Positions 42,572-51,860 of a stretch of DNA of 64,000 nucleotides are shown here, in pieces. This DNA comes from an uncultured Sutterella sp. (GTDB lineage: Bacteria; Pseudomonadota; Gammaproteobacteria; Burkholderiales; Burkholderiaceae_F), in contig UQNA01000001.1 of assembly GCA_900542195.1 (NCBI GenBank), positions 49,640 to 113,639 of the forward strand. Direction: 5' to 3'. Both the position numbers and the translations under genes were made by a program. Positions within the stretch are counted from its first letter, which is position 1. The number at the start of each line of letters is the position of its first letter. The notes below the pieces were generated by a model, which was not told the origin of the DNA, searched no databases, and saw only the letters and a program-made list of their open reading frames with translations.

Positions 42572-43498
42572 TTAATTCAGTCCGTTGAGCTGCCCTGCGT
42601 AAAGAATGAACAAACGCAAACACATCATGCCCACAATCGCGGCTGTACATCCGGTGTAGAAGCAAAATGCTGAACGGAAGAAGCTCAGTGTAATGGGCAC
42701 TACCATACCGATAAAGATGGCGCCGAACCAGAAGACACAAGCCCAAGTTCCCGTCGTAAATGCCGTAAATGCAAGCTGTGCAGCTTCCGTTCCGGTGATA
42801 AGCGAAACGGCAATCATGAAGATGCACATGGCTTCAACCAAAATGATCGGATACTCGGCCACATGCAGCTGATGCATAGGAGCATCTTCTCGTTGAGCAC
42901 CGAATGCCATCGCCACCAGACGAACCGCTGCGCCGCCGGCAGAAAAACCGGAAGCTACGAATAGCGCCGGAAGAATAGCCGTATTGATAAGCGGAAAGCG
43001 AATCAATGCCGAAATCAGGAAGCCGGTATAGGCACAAATCACGATGGCTAAAATCATCACGGCCCAGTCCAACAGCGCACGGAAGCCGGCAAGGAAATCC
43101 GTAATCGGCTTTAAGAAAGCCAGAATCTTCAAATCCTTGAAAACCAACAGCGTGAGCACGAAAAGCAGAGGGATGTAAAAGAGCAAAGCCATTACACCGA
43201 TGCTCATCACAGAAGTCGGGTTGTAATAAATCAGAATCCGCCAGAACTGGAGTGGATCAGTCAGGTCCAGAACCAAGCAGACCATACCCAGCAAGATGGT
43301 AATTAAACCGACGACGCTGGCCGCCTTCATCTGAGGGGTATCTGCGTGAGAGTGGCTGAATAAATTCAGAATGACTGCCAGCGCCACTGCACCGCCGGAA
43401 ATACCGGCAAGAAACAGATACACGGCAATCGGCCACGGCCAAGCTACGCTCCCGGATAATCCGGTCGTGAAGTCAATGATAATGTCAGTAGGTTGCAT
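42572..43498 (-). CDS. NrfD/PsrC-family polytopic membrane quinol-interacting subunit
   Basis: 8-9 TM helices; NrfD-like N-terminus with a probable start MQPTDIIIDFTTGLSG; immediately downstream of an NrfC-like FeS subunit. Confidence 0.8.
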   Translation of the reverse strand: MQPTDIIIDFTTGLSGSVAWPWPIAVYLFLAGISGGAVALAVILNLFSHSHADTPQMKAASVVGLITILLGMVCLVLDLTDPLQFWRILIYYNPTSVMSIGVMALLFYIPLLFVLTLLVFKDLKILAFLKPITDFLAGFRALLDWAVMILAIVICAYTGFLISALIRFPLINTAILPALFVASGFSAGGAAVRLVAMAFGAQREDAPMHQLHVAEYPIILVEAMCIFMIAVSLITGTEAAQLAFTAFTTGTWACVFWFGAIFIGMVVPITLSFFRSAFCFYTGCTAAIVGMMCLRLFILYAGQLNGLN

Positions 43499-43499
43499 A

Positions 43500-44168
43500 T
43501 CAGACTCCTTTCTTGACAATCGGGATATAGTGCAGATTCGGCTGCGTACCTAACATTGCACGAACACGAACGGTATCCTTAACAGCGAGCACCTTATTGA
43601 CGTAAGAATTCGGATTATTAGCGTCCCCGAAAATCAAAGCGTCATAGCGGCAGGCTTGGACACAAGCCGGCAATTCACCGATAGCCAACTTGGTATGCAG
43701 GCAAAAGTCGCAGTTTTCTGCCGCTTTGGTTTTTTCGTTGATAAAGCGTACATTGTATGGACAGCCGGCGATGCAGTACTTACAGCCTACACAGCGGTCA
43801 TTGTCCATCGTGACGATATTCGTGGCCGGGTCGATATGGGCCGCTCCGGTCGGGCAGACTCTGACACAAGGCGGTTCAGAGCACTGCTGGCAGGAGACGC
43901 GTACATACTTCCGATTGCCGGGGATTCCGTCCAGAGGAGACTGCCGTTCAAGCGTCATCCGAAGCTGACCGGCGGGAACGTTGTTAGTCTCTGAACAAGC
44001 TTCTTTACATGCGCCGCATCCGACACACTTGTTCTGATCAAAGATCATCACAAACCGAGGCTGATACCCGCTGACATTTCCGGCTTCTGCTTCTTTGTCG
44101 AGCGGAATCACTGTTCCGACTGCGCCCAAAGCGGCAGTGGTTAAAAATTTTCTACGGTCTATTGTCAT
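43500..44168 (-). CDS. Tat-exported four-cluster [4Fe-4S] ferredoxin-like subunit (NrfC/PsrB/DmsB/YdhX-like)
   Basis: Twin-arginine signal TIDRRKFLTTAALG; four CxxCxxCxxxC(P) motifs. Confidence 0.85.
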   Translation of the reverse strand: MTIDRRKFLTTAALGAVGTVIPLDKEAEAGNVSGYQPRFVMIFDQNKCVGCGACKEACSETNNVPAGQLRMTLERQSPLDGIPGNRKYVRVSCQQCSEPPCVRVCPTGAAHIDPATNIVTMDNDRCVGCKYCIAGCPYNVRFINEKTKAAENCDFCLHTKLAIGELPACVQACRYDALIFGDANNPNSYVNKVLAVKDTVRVRAMLGTQPNLHYIPIVKKGV

Positions 44169-44213
44169 GATATTTTCCTCACTGTCCTTTTATGGAGGAC
44201 AGCGTTGACTCGG

Positions 44214-45293
44214 TTACTTGAGTGGATTAACGGGAGTCTTTGAGAAACTTCCTTTGTCGAGGATACCCTGAGCCTTGCGAATATAATTCTGGGCGGCGGA
44301 TAAGCGCTGGGTCAGGTAGTTGTGTGCGTGAGCACCCCAAGAGCCGTCCTTTTCGATCATGTCGGCAATCTGCGTTGCCAAGTCGACATAGGAGAGAACC
44401 TCGGTTCTCTGATCGCGATCAAGACGTGTAACTTCAAGAAGTTTGTTGATTCTTTCAGTAGCACCGCGAATTTCTTCGTAGCCGCCCTTAATCGGATCCT
44501 GCCACTTGTTTAATTCACCGTAAATCTGCTTCTGATCTTTGTAGACAAGACCTTCTTCGAGTTTGGAGGTGTATTGGCTATGGCAGCCTTTGCCTTCAAA
44601 TACCGTCCAGTCAGCCGGTGCATTACGTGCGCAGCTCCACATCAAGTCAACATAGTCTCGGCCTTTTTCGTCTTTAGCCAAAACGTACTTAGTGACTTTC
44701 TTGCCGTCGACTTCAACTTCCTGGGGAATATAGGAAGTCTGATCCGGGGAAGGATTGATCTTGTACATATGGGCTCGATACAGAGCTACGGAAGCGGCTT
44801 TTGATTGATCAGCCGTATACTGCTCCGGCATCGGCATTGTCGGCATATGACAAGCGATGCAATCAAGCTCGCTGTGTGTATCGGTGTGCTTGAATACGTC
44901 TGCTTGGACAGTATGGCAGTCCTTACAATCCTGCTTCATCTTAGGATTGCTGATATAGGCCATCCACGCGGTACCTTTGATCTGAGTTTGATCGTGGCAG
45001 GAGAGACAGCCGACGCCATGTTTAGCATGAACGCTCATGAAATGCTGCGCTGTCTTATCGTTGTAGTTGGCTTCAGCAAGATTGCGAAGTTCTTTTTTAG
45101 AAAATTTCTTAGGTTCAGCTTTAGGATCGATGCCGAGAGACTGAAGAAAGCCGTCGACGCCTTCGATCTTGAACGGTACATTCTTAAGAGATTCAGGTAC
45201 TGGGACCGGCACGTTATCCTGCGCCGCTGCGATAGAACTGAAACCAAGGCAAGCGAATACGGTAAGAATGACGGAAGTTTTGATATTCAACAT
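44214..45293 (-). CDS. Periplasmic triheme c-type cytochrome (359 aa)
   Basis: Signal peptide plus CLSCH, CKDCH and CIACH. Confidence 0.75.
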   Translation of the reverse strand: MLNIKTSVILTVFACLGFSSIAAAQDNVPVPVPESLKNVPFKIEGVDGFLQSLGIDPKAEPKKFSKKELRNLAEANYNDKTAQHFMSVHAKHGVGCLSCHDQTQIKGTAWMAYISNPKMKQDCKDCHTVQADVFKHTDTHSELDCIACHMPTMPMPEQYTADQSKAASVALYRAHMYKINPSPDQTSYIPQEVEVDGKKVTKYVLAKDEKGRDYVDLMWSCARNAPADWTVFEGKGCHSQYTSKLEEGLVYKDQKQIYGELNKWQDPIKGGYEEIRGATERINKLLEVTRLDRDQRTEVLSYVDLATQIADMIEKDGSWGAHAHNYLTQRLSAAQNYIRKAQGILDKGSFSKTPVNPLK

Positions 45294-45315
45294 TTTTAGC
45301 CTTTGAATTCGTTAA

Positions 45316-46149
45316 TTATGGATTGAACGGTCTTCTTTCCTGCTCTTCTGCGAGGAAATCAGCGTAGTCATCTTCCAAATATTTATCTGAGTAAAGAAAG
45401 AGAACGCCGCTCGAGGTTTTGGTCACCTTAATGTCGCTGTATTCTTCTTTATTTCCCATCACATCTAAAATTTCAGCAAGGCGCTGGCTTTCAAAATTGA
45501 AGGGTGTTTTAAGAAACATTTGCGCAGGCACCGGTCTCGGATAGATGCGGGAGTTTTCTCTTATCTGATCGGAGATAAGCGCTTCATCGTCATCTTTGAC
45601 GGATAACAAGCGTGCATAAGAGTTGGAAAGCAGAGGCTTGAAGTAAAAGAACTCCGTGCCGTCCGGCTTTTTAATGCTCATTACGCCAAGATTTCCTTCC
45701 AAAGCTGCCTTCATGACCGCTTCGAAGTATCCGGGCAACTCGGCATCCAGCTCTTCATCACTTTTCAGATCAGCAGGATGAATATCTCCGTGAACTAATG
45801 AGCGGAGCATTTCCCGGCGGCTGAGAGCCTTTCGGCTCGGCCGCAGATTCGGATGTTCGGCTTCGCAGAGATCAACCTTTCCCTCCGGAGTCATTTGAAC
45901 CTCAAATGCCTGACGCTCTTTACGATCGAGAGCCCTTTCCAGAACCGCGTCCGTAGTGATTTCGGCGGCAGTCTTAATTTCTTCGGCTGTCGGAGCCTTG
46001 GCTGTATGAACCTTACGAAGGAAGATTTCTCTTAACTTCCCGCTGTCAACCAGCTCAGTTCTGCCGCTGAATTCAGCAACGATATCGGCCAAAAGTAAAA
46101 CGTGTACTTTGAAGATAGGCAGATCGTAGATATTTTCCTGTTTACTCAT
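45316..46149 (-). CDS. Conserved hypothetical protein inside the AOR operon (YdhW-position protein), 277 aa, acidic, no cofactor motif, no signal peptide
   Basis: Tight spacing with flanking genes; no recognisable domain by eye. Confidence 0.5.
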   Translation of the reverse strand: MSKQENIYDLPIFKVHVLLLADIVAEFSGRTELVDSGKLREIFLRKVHTAKAPTAEEIKTAAEITTDAVLERALDRKERQAFEVQMTPEGKVDLCEAEHPNLRPSRKALSRREMLRSLVHGDIHPADLKSDEELDAELPGYFEAVMKAALEGNLGVMSIKKPDGTEFFYFKPLLSNSYARLLSVKDDDEALISDQIRENSRIYPRPVPAQMFLKTPFNFESQRLAEILDVMGNKEEYSDIKVTKTSSGVLFLYSDKYLEDDYADFLAEEQERRPFNP

Positions 46150-46167
46150 AATTAATATCTTTCAGAT

Positions 46168-48261
46168 TTACTTGATGAGACCTTCTTTTTGAAGAGCCGG
46201 GATGACGAAGTCGAGTTGATATTCTTTCAACGTATCGACAGTCGGAACGCCTGTCTGCTTGTTAAATCCCATTTGTTCAAAGAAGATATCGAAGCTCTTC
46301 TGGATATCAGCCGGATCCATGCGGACAGTACCTTTAGTGAAAGGCTTTTTATCCTTCGGATCCCAGTAAATCCAACCCGGGACGGTGTCGTGATCCTGAC
46401 GCATATTAGAGCTGTCGAGCTGACGCATTGTGTAAACGCGCTGCAGGAGCCATGCGCGAGTTGCATCTTTATCCAAATCGTCGCCGGTCTTCTTAACGCC
46501 GGTTACAGCGGAGAACACCTTGGCTTCAATGTTCGGATCGCCTACATACTGGTTCTTTTCATCCGGGCAATATTCCCATGGGCCCATCCAAGAACACAGT
46601 CCCAACATGTTGTGAAGTTCCGTACGGGCGATAACCCATGCCAAACGCTTCATCTTGTATTCATTAACCGGCGTGTAATCGCCGATTTGGTCAACTGCGC
46701 TTTCGTCGCCCCATGTCACTTTAGCGATGTGCTTCATTTCCTTGATCGGAAGACCGCTGCGGGTGAAGTTAACGTGTGCGTGGGCCATCGGGTCACGGTT
46801 CCACATACAGTTCAAAACGCAGCCGAGCTGTGCATCATCTTCATTGGTATGATGTTTCGGGTGACCGTTGGACCAATACAGTGAACGATGGTCATCACTC
46901 CATGTCTTCAAAGGGATGCCGAAATGTTCGAGCATGACAGGAGTTGTTTCTCCCATCCACTTACCGAATTCACCTTGTCTGTAGGCAATCTTCGGAAGAA
47001 ATTCCTGCATAGCGGAAGCGTCAACGTCATCGATCTTCTTCCATGGCAAGGAGTCGTATTCTTCCTTAGAAAGAAGTTTCTTCCAATAACCGTCTGTATA
47101 CATCATGACCATATCTCGCTGGATCTGGCCGTAGTTGCACCACAAACCTAAATCATCCATTAACTGGCTGCCGACAATTGCGATCTCGATGTTTCTTTCC
47201 GGATGCAGCTTGAGATTCGGGTAGAAAAAGACCGGGAAGAGTAAGCCGCCGCAAGTTTGTTCAGTAATCGGGCTGACGTTGAATTTAGCCGCAGTCTTGA
47301 CATCTTTAATAACCGGATAGCAGCGAATCGGGCAAGCAAAGCAGCCGTTGTTGCGGACATGCAGACCCCATTCCTTATCGCCTAAGAAGAATTCTCCGGC
47401 ATTGGTGCGGAAGGCCATCTTAGAGAGGCGGCGCGTATCCAAAGGAACATTAATCGGAGGATTAGCAGCACCCCATTGTTTTCCGGGCATACCGGACCAG
47501 CGGGAGTTCAAAGAATGGTATTCAAAGAGCGGGTGCGGATAGCGGGAAACGACGGTCTGTGTCAGAGCGCCGAGCAATTCTTTGTGGCGGTTGACGAGTT
47601 TTTCCCAGTCTTCCTTATCAGCTGCGATATGGATGGCTTGGTCACCGTCAATCGCGATACCCTTCAAATTCTTGGAACCGAAGACGCCGCCGATACCGCC
47701 GCCTGTATGACTCTTGGCATTAATCACAATGGACATCGGAACAAGGTTTTCACCGGCCGGTCCAATAACGGTAACGGATGCGTTCGGAGAAGTTTCCTGG
47801 CTAATCAATTCATGGGAGCGGCGTGTCCCTTCGCCCCAGATGTGCCCTGCATTGCGGATTTGAACGTCATCGTTGTTGATGTAGATATAAACAGGTTCTT
47901 TGGCCTTACCTTCAATGATGATGAAATCGTAGCCGGCATATTTAATTTTTGCACCGATATCACCGCCCAAGTGAGCACTTCCGACCATGTGTCTCGGATA
48001 AGTAGTCGGGTACATTGTGGTGATAGATGTTCTGCCGGAGCAGACAGCGCCTGTACCTGTCAGAGGTCCGGGAGCGATAACGAGTTTGTTGGTTTCATCG
48101 AAAGCCTGAGTCTTAGGGGGGACTTCATCCCAAAAGATCTTATAACCGAGAGCAGTACCGCCAATCCATTGCTTATCTGTCGGAACTGTAGAGACTTCGC
48201 CTGTAGAAAGATTGATTCTGAGACCTTGACCGGTCCAACCGTATTTTTTTGTATCAGACAT
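46168..48261 (-). CDS. Aldehyde ferredoxin oxidoreductase (AOR)-family tungsto/molybdo-pterin enzyme, YdhV-like, 697 aa, no signal peptide of its own
   Basis: AOR N-terminal domain signature (KYGWTGQGLRINLSTGEV); [4Fe-4S] and pterin-binding regions (CFACPIRC...); length and operon context match E. coli ydhV as recalled. Confidence 0.85.
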   Translation of the reverse strand: MSDTKKYGWTGQGLRINLSTGEVSTVPTDKQWIGGTALGYKIFWDEVPPKTQAFDETNKLVIAPGPLTGTGAVCSGRTSITTMYPTTYPRHMVGSAHLGGDIGAKIKYAGYDFIIIEGKAKEPVYIYINNDDVQIRNAGHIWGEGTRRSHELISQETSPNASVTVIGPAGENLVPMSIVINAKSHTGGGIGGVFGSKNLKGIAIDGDQAIHIAADKEDWEKLVNRHKELLGALTQTVVSRYPHPLFEYHSLNSRWSGMPGKQWGAANPPINVPLDTRRLSKMAFRTNAGEFFLGDKEWGLHVRNNGCFACPIRCYPVIKDVKTAAKFNVSPITEQTCGGLLFPVFFYPNLKLHPERNIEIAIVGSQLMDDLGLWCNYGQIQRDMVMMYTDGYWKKLLSKEEYDSLPWKKIDDVDASAMQEFLPKIAYRQGEFGKWMGETTPVMLEHFGIPLKTWSDDHRSLYWSNGHPKHHTNEDDAQLGCVLNCMWNRDPMAHAHVNFTRSGLPIKEMKHIAKVTWGDESAVDQIGDYTPVNEYKMKRLAWVIARTELHNMLGLCSWMGPWEYCPDEKNQYVGDPNIEAKVFSAVTGVKKTGDDLDKDATRAWLLQRVYTMRQLDSSNMRQDHDTVPGWIYWDPKDKKPFTKGTVRMDPADIQKSFDIFFEQMGFNKQTGVPTVDTLKEYQLDFVIPALQKEGLIK

Positions 48262-48282
48262 ATGCGTAACCTATAGAGAAAA

Positions 48283-48993
48283 TCAGCCGTGACAAACACC
48301 GCATTGGTCGTTGTTGTTCTGGGGCAGATAGCCATGCTGCGGACTGCGGTTCGGTTCTTTGGAACGATCAACCCAGGGAACGTAGCGGATAGCTTCTGTC
48401 GGGCAGGCTTTTACGCACTTCGGATCGCCGTCGCAAAGGAAGCATTTGCTGGCGACATTTTTTTCAACGTCAAAGCTCATCATGTTCCACGGACAAGCTT
48501 TTTGGCAGAGACCGCAGCCAATGCAGATTTCTTCGTCTACATAGCGGGCGCCGGTCTTCGGATTTACACGAATAGCACCTTGCGGGCAAGCGTTAGCGCA
48601 AGGAACCGGGTGGTCGCATTGACGGCAAGTGTCTTGGATACAAATCGGGTCAAAACCGAAAGCTCCGTTATTAGGGCTGACGAGGGCCGTGCCTTGCGGA
48701 CCGTACCACATGTTGCGGTTAATCTTGATTCTGGCAAGCTTGGGGTCGGCTTTTCCGTCATTAAATTCCGTACAGGCTAATTCACAGCGCTGGCAAGTTA
48801 CACAAAGGCTCGGATCTGCAATGAGGATGCCTTTTGGTGCTGAGAGAATGATATAGGGCTGGGCGCCTGTTTGGGCTTTTACGGTATTCATAGCAGCCAT
48901 TGCAGCGGCAACTGTCGATACCTCTAAAAAGCCACGACGGGTAATATCTAACGGCAAACGTGCCTTAGAGAGCAGTTCTTTAAGATCTAACAT
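48283..48993 (-). CDS. Tat-exported multi-cluster [4Fe-4S] ferredoxin-like subunit (YdhX/YdhY-like electron-transfer partner)
   Basis: Twin-arginine motif LDITRRGFLEV; multiple CxxCxxCxxxCP motifs. ATG at 48993 with a GGAG RBS; the track ORF starts at a TTG at 49014. Confidence 0.8.
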   Translation of the reverse strand: MLDLKELLSKARLPLDITRRGFLEVSTVAAAMAAMNTVKAQTGAQPYIILSAPKGILIADPSLCVTCQRCELACTEFNDGKADPKLARIKINRNMWYGPQGTALVSPNNGAFGFDPICIQDTCRQCDHPVPCANACPQGAIRVNPKTGARYVDEEICIGCGLCQKACPWNMMSFDVEKNVASKCFLCDGDPKCVKACPTEAIRYVPWVDRSKEPNRSPQHGYLPQNNNDQCGVCHG

Positions 48994-49036
48994 TAAAGAC
49001 TCCGTTGATTGCAAAGTAAATGGGGGTACTTATTCA

Positions 49037-49058
49037 TTAGTTCGCACTAATGAACTTA
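49037..49058. promoter_or_regulatory. Perfect palindromic operator candidate TTCATTAGT-tcgc-ACTAATGAA upstream of the AOR operon
   Basis: 9-bp inverted arms with a 4-nt spacer, 44-65 bp upstream of the first ATG of the minus-strand operon. Confidence 0.4.
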
Positions 49059-49629
49059 TGGTTTTCGAAGCGGGGCAGATTTATAAGGATTCACGTCCGG
49101 AAAATGGACGATCCTCTTAGTTTGGAGGAGGGAGAGAGAAAGGCAGAGTCGCGTTTTGCTTTACCAGTGAGCAAAACGATTGAGAGAGAACTTGTCTACC
49201 GGTAATTTTTCTATTTATCCGGGCGGAAAGCATTTTGAGCTCCTTGCTACGAAACCATTAGTTGGGGTGAAAGAAATCGTTTCGTTTCATTTCGTTTCAG
49301 AGTATATCCCCAAGAAATAACCCGATAAAAGATCGTCAAATTTTGTAATAATCACTCAAATACGCTATTTGCTCATCCGAAAGGATGAATATAACTGTTG
49401 GGAATCAATGTTTTTTAACACTTTGTAATAAATATTTTGTCACACCCAAATTGAGATCTATTGTTGGATTTTCACAAAAAATACATCAAGTTAGCACGCT
49501 AAGTTATTGAAAAAGATGTCTATGTATGCGCAAAAACTGTAATTTTTGACAATTATTGGACTGAATTGTGTCGGAGGGCTCACTCTTCAATGAACCGGTT
49601 CTTACCTCATGCGTTTTCATGAGATTTCA

Positions 49630-49686
49630 AACATTTTTTGAAGCTAGAAAGGACTCTATTGCGGCTTTGCCGCAGTTTCAATAGAG
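49630..49686 (-). terminator. Terminator-like nested hairpin at the 3' end of the permease gene
   Basis: ctctattg...caatagag outer stem enclosing gcggc-ttt-gccgc; overlaps the stop codon at 49656; followed by a U-rich stretch on the minus-strand transcript. Confidence 0.45.
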
Positions 49687-51125
49687 TTCTTATGTTGTCG
49701 CTGATATTGATTGAAGAAGTACAAAGGTGTTGAAATAAAAATAACCAATCCGGCAATCAAGAAAAAGATATACCCAAGGCTCGCCCAAACTCCCTTCGAG
49801 AGAATTTGTTCCGGAGGAACAAATCCGCACAAGATAGAAATAAAACAAGTAACGAAAGCAACGCCTGACATCAGGCACAATCCAACTTTGCCGCCGGGCA
49901 CTTGATAAGAGCCTTTCTTATCGGGATACCGCAGCTTAAGTCGAATAGCAGCTGCAAACATTAGAAGGTACATCACCATATAGAGCTCTCCGCAAAGAGC
50001 TAAAAAGAGCCAAAAGGCGTCTGATACGGACGGCATTACCAAGACGCTCAAAGCCAAGAATGTGGCACATCCTGTTTGAAGAATCAGGATGCTGGTTTGC
50101 ATACCGAATGAATTCCGGGTCTGCCAGTACTTAGGCAGGTAACCTTCTTGGGCTACTTCCAGAAGGCCGCGGGAGGGTCCGTTCATCCACGTTACGATGG
50201 AAGCGAGAGCACCGTAGGCCAGAAAAGCAGCAAGGATAGGAGTGAACCATGAAAAACCAAGAGCTTTAAGCATGGTCTCAAAACTTTGACATACGCCCGC
50301 AGACATGGAAAGCTGAGCACCGGGGACCACTAAAGCAACGGATAACGCACCGAAGATAGAGAAGAAAAGAATAATAAGTGAGGCCAAGAAGATAGCTCTC
50401 GGGAAGGCCGATGTCGGATTCTTCATATTAGTCACGTGAACGGAACTCATTTCCATACCCGCTAATGACACCATCATCCCTGCCAGCAGCATCCACTGTT
50501 TTGGAGTGGACAAATCGGGAATAAGGGCTGCTCCTCCGTTAAAAGGGATCTGGATTGGTTTGTCGGTGAGAATATAGGCGGATGCAATCGCTATAAGAAA
50601 GAATCCCGGAATAATCGTGCCTACCAACACGCCGGACTTGGAGAGGAAAACCGAAAGCCTCATGCCTCGGAAATTCAGAACCGTTGCAATCCAAAGAATG
50701 GCGATAGTAGTGAAGAAGATGTACCAGCGATTGTGAGCGAGCTCAGGGCTAAAGGTGTATGCCAAGCAAGTGGCCACAAAAGTCGCTGCTGCCGGATACC
50801 AAGGCAAGTTCTGAACCCACTCCATAAAGATAGCAAGGAATCCATATTTAGGGCCGAATGCTTCACGCACCCAAACAAAAACACCGCCGCGTTCCGGATA
50901 GGTACTAGCTAACTCAGCCGAAACCAAAGCCGAAGGAACAAAGAAACAGACAGCAGAGGCAACGAGGAAAAAGATAATATTCCAACCGTACTCTGCCATG
51001 CTCGGCAAATTTCTCAAAGAGAAGACCGAACAAACTGTGAGCATAGCCATAGCGCCGATGCTCATCGTAAAACTTGTTTTATTTCTCTCGGTACCGCCCA
51101 CGGCCTTCCCTCCCACAACTTTCAA
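49656..51125 (-). CDS. APC-superfamily amino-acid permease (GadC/AdiC-like antiporter type)
   Basis: 12-TM APC profile; the start is probably an internal Met (MSIGAMAML...). Confidence 0.8.
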   Translation of the reverse strand: MKVVGGKAVGGTERNKTSFTMSIGAMAMLTVCSVFSLRNLPSMAEYGWNIIFFLVASAVCFFVPSALVSAELASTYPERGGVFVWVREAFGPKYGFLAIFMEWVQNLPWYPAAATFVATCLAYTFSPELAHNRWYIFFTTIAILWIATVLNFRGMRLSVFLSKSGVLVGTIIPGFFLIAIASAYILTDKPIQIPFNGGAALIPDLSTPKQWMLLAGMMVSLAGMEMSSVHVTNMKNPTSAFPRAIFLASLIILFFSIFGALSVALVVPGAQLSMSAGVCQSFETMLKALGFSWFTPILAAFLAYGALASIVTWMNGPSRGLLEVAQEGYLPKYWQTRNSFGMQTSILILQTGCATFLALSVLVMPSVSDAFWLFLALCGELYMVMYLLMFAAAIRLKLRYPDKKGSYQVPGGKVGLCLMSGVAFVTCFISILCGFVPPEQILSKGVWASLGYIFFLIAGLVIFISTPLYFFNQYQRQHKNSIETAAKPQ

Positions 51126-51860
51126 CTTCGGACTATAGCCCCATGATTCGAATGCAGATTTCTAAAGATCCCAAAACAGAACTATTCCGCTTTAACGTTA
51201 GTTATGTTTAATTCTTATGAGGAGGCAGAATCGTCCCATGCATGTCGAACATTCAGAATGAAGTCCTAAAAAATCGTGTTTTATATCAAAAAGTTGGAGT
51301 CCTTTTACAGAATTACACCCCAATTCGTTAAAGATGGTTGCGAAAAGCCAAACCTTGGCCCAATAGGTTACATCGGTTTACTTCTTACGAAAATTTGACG
51401 AACCGCAAAAGACCTATTGTTGAAATTGAGAGCCTCATACATTTTTGAGCTATTTGCATTCAAATTTTTTAGAACCGAACAAAAAGTACTTTCTTGAATA
51501 AATACATAAGAATTTTTTCAAAACTCTCGAGGGTGAATTGGACTCAACTAGACGGTTAATTCGATAGGTGTGTAATTTGCTTTTCTATGTGCGATACCAG
51601 GAAGATTTTTTCTTCGCACAACTCTGTCTTTAAAAGCAGGAATAAAAATCAATACTTGCGCCCAAGTTGAGCTCTTTTTTAATTTTTTCTTGGAAGTACT
51701 CACTTTGTACGTAATGATTGTCGTTCTCGATACATTCCCTAAAAAGTTTTAACAACCAGCCAACTCACTAACTTTCAATCCTATCTCGATTTGCCATTTT
51801 TGTCCCTCTTCGGGCTATGATTTGCCTCAAATTATATAAATAACCTTAAGCCTGAGATAA

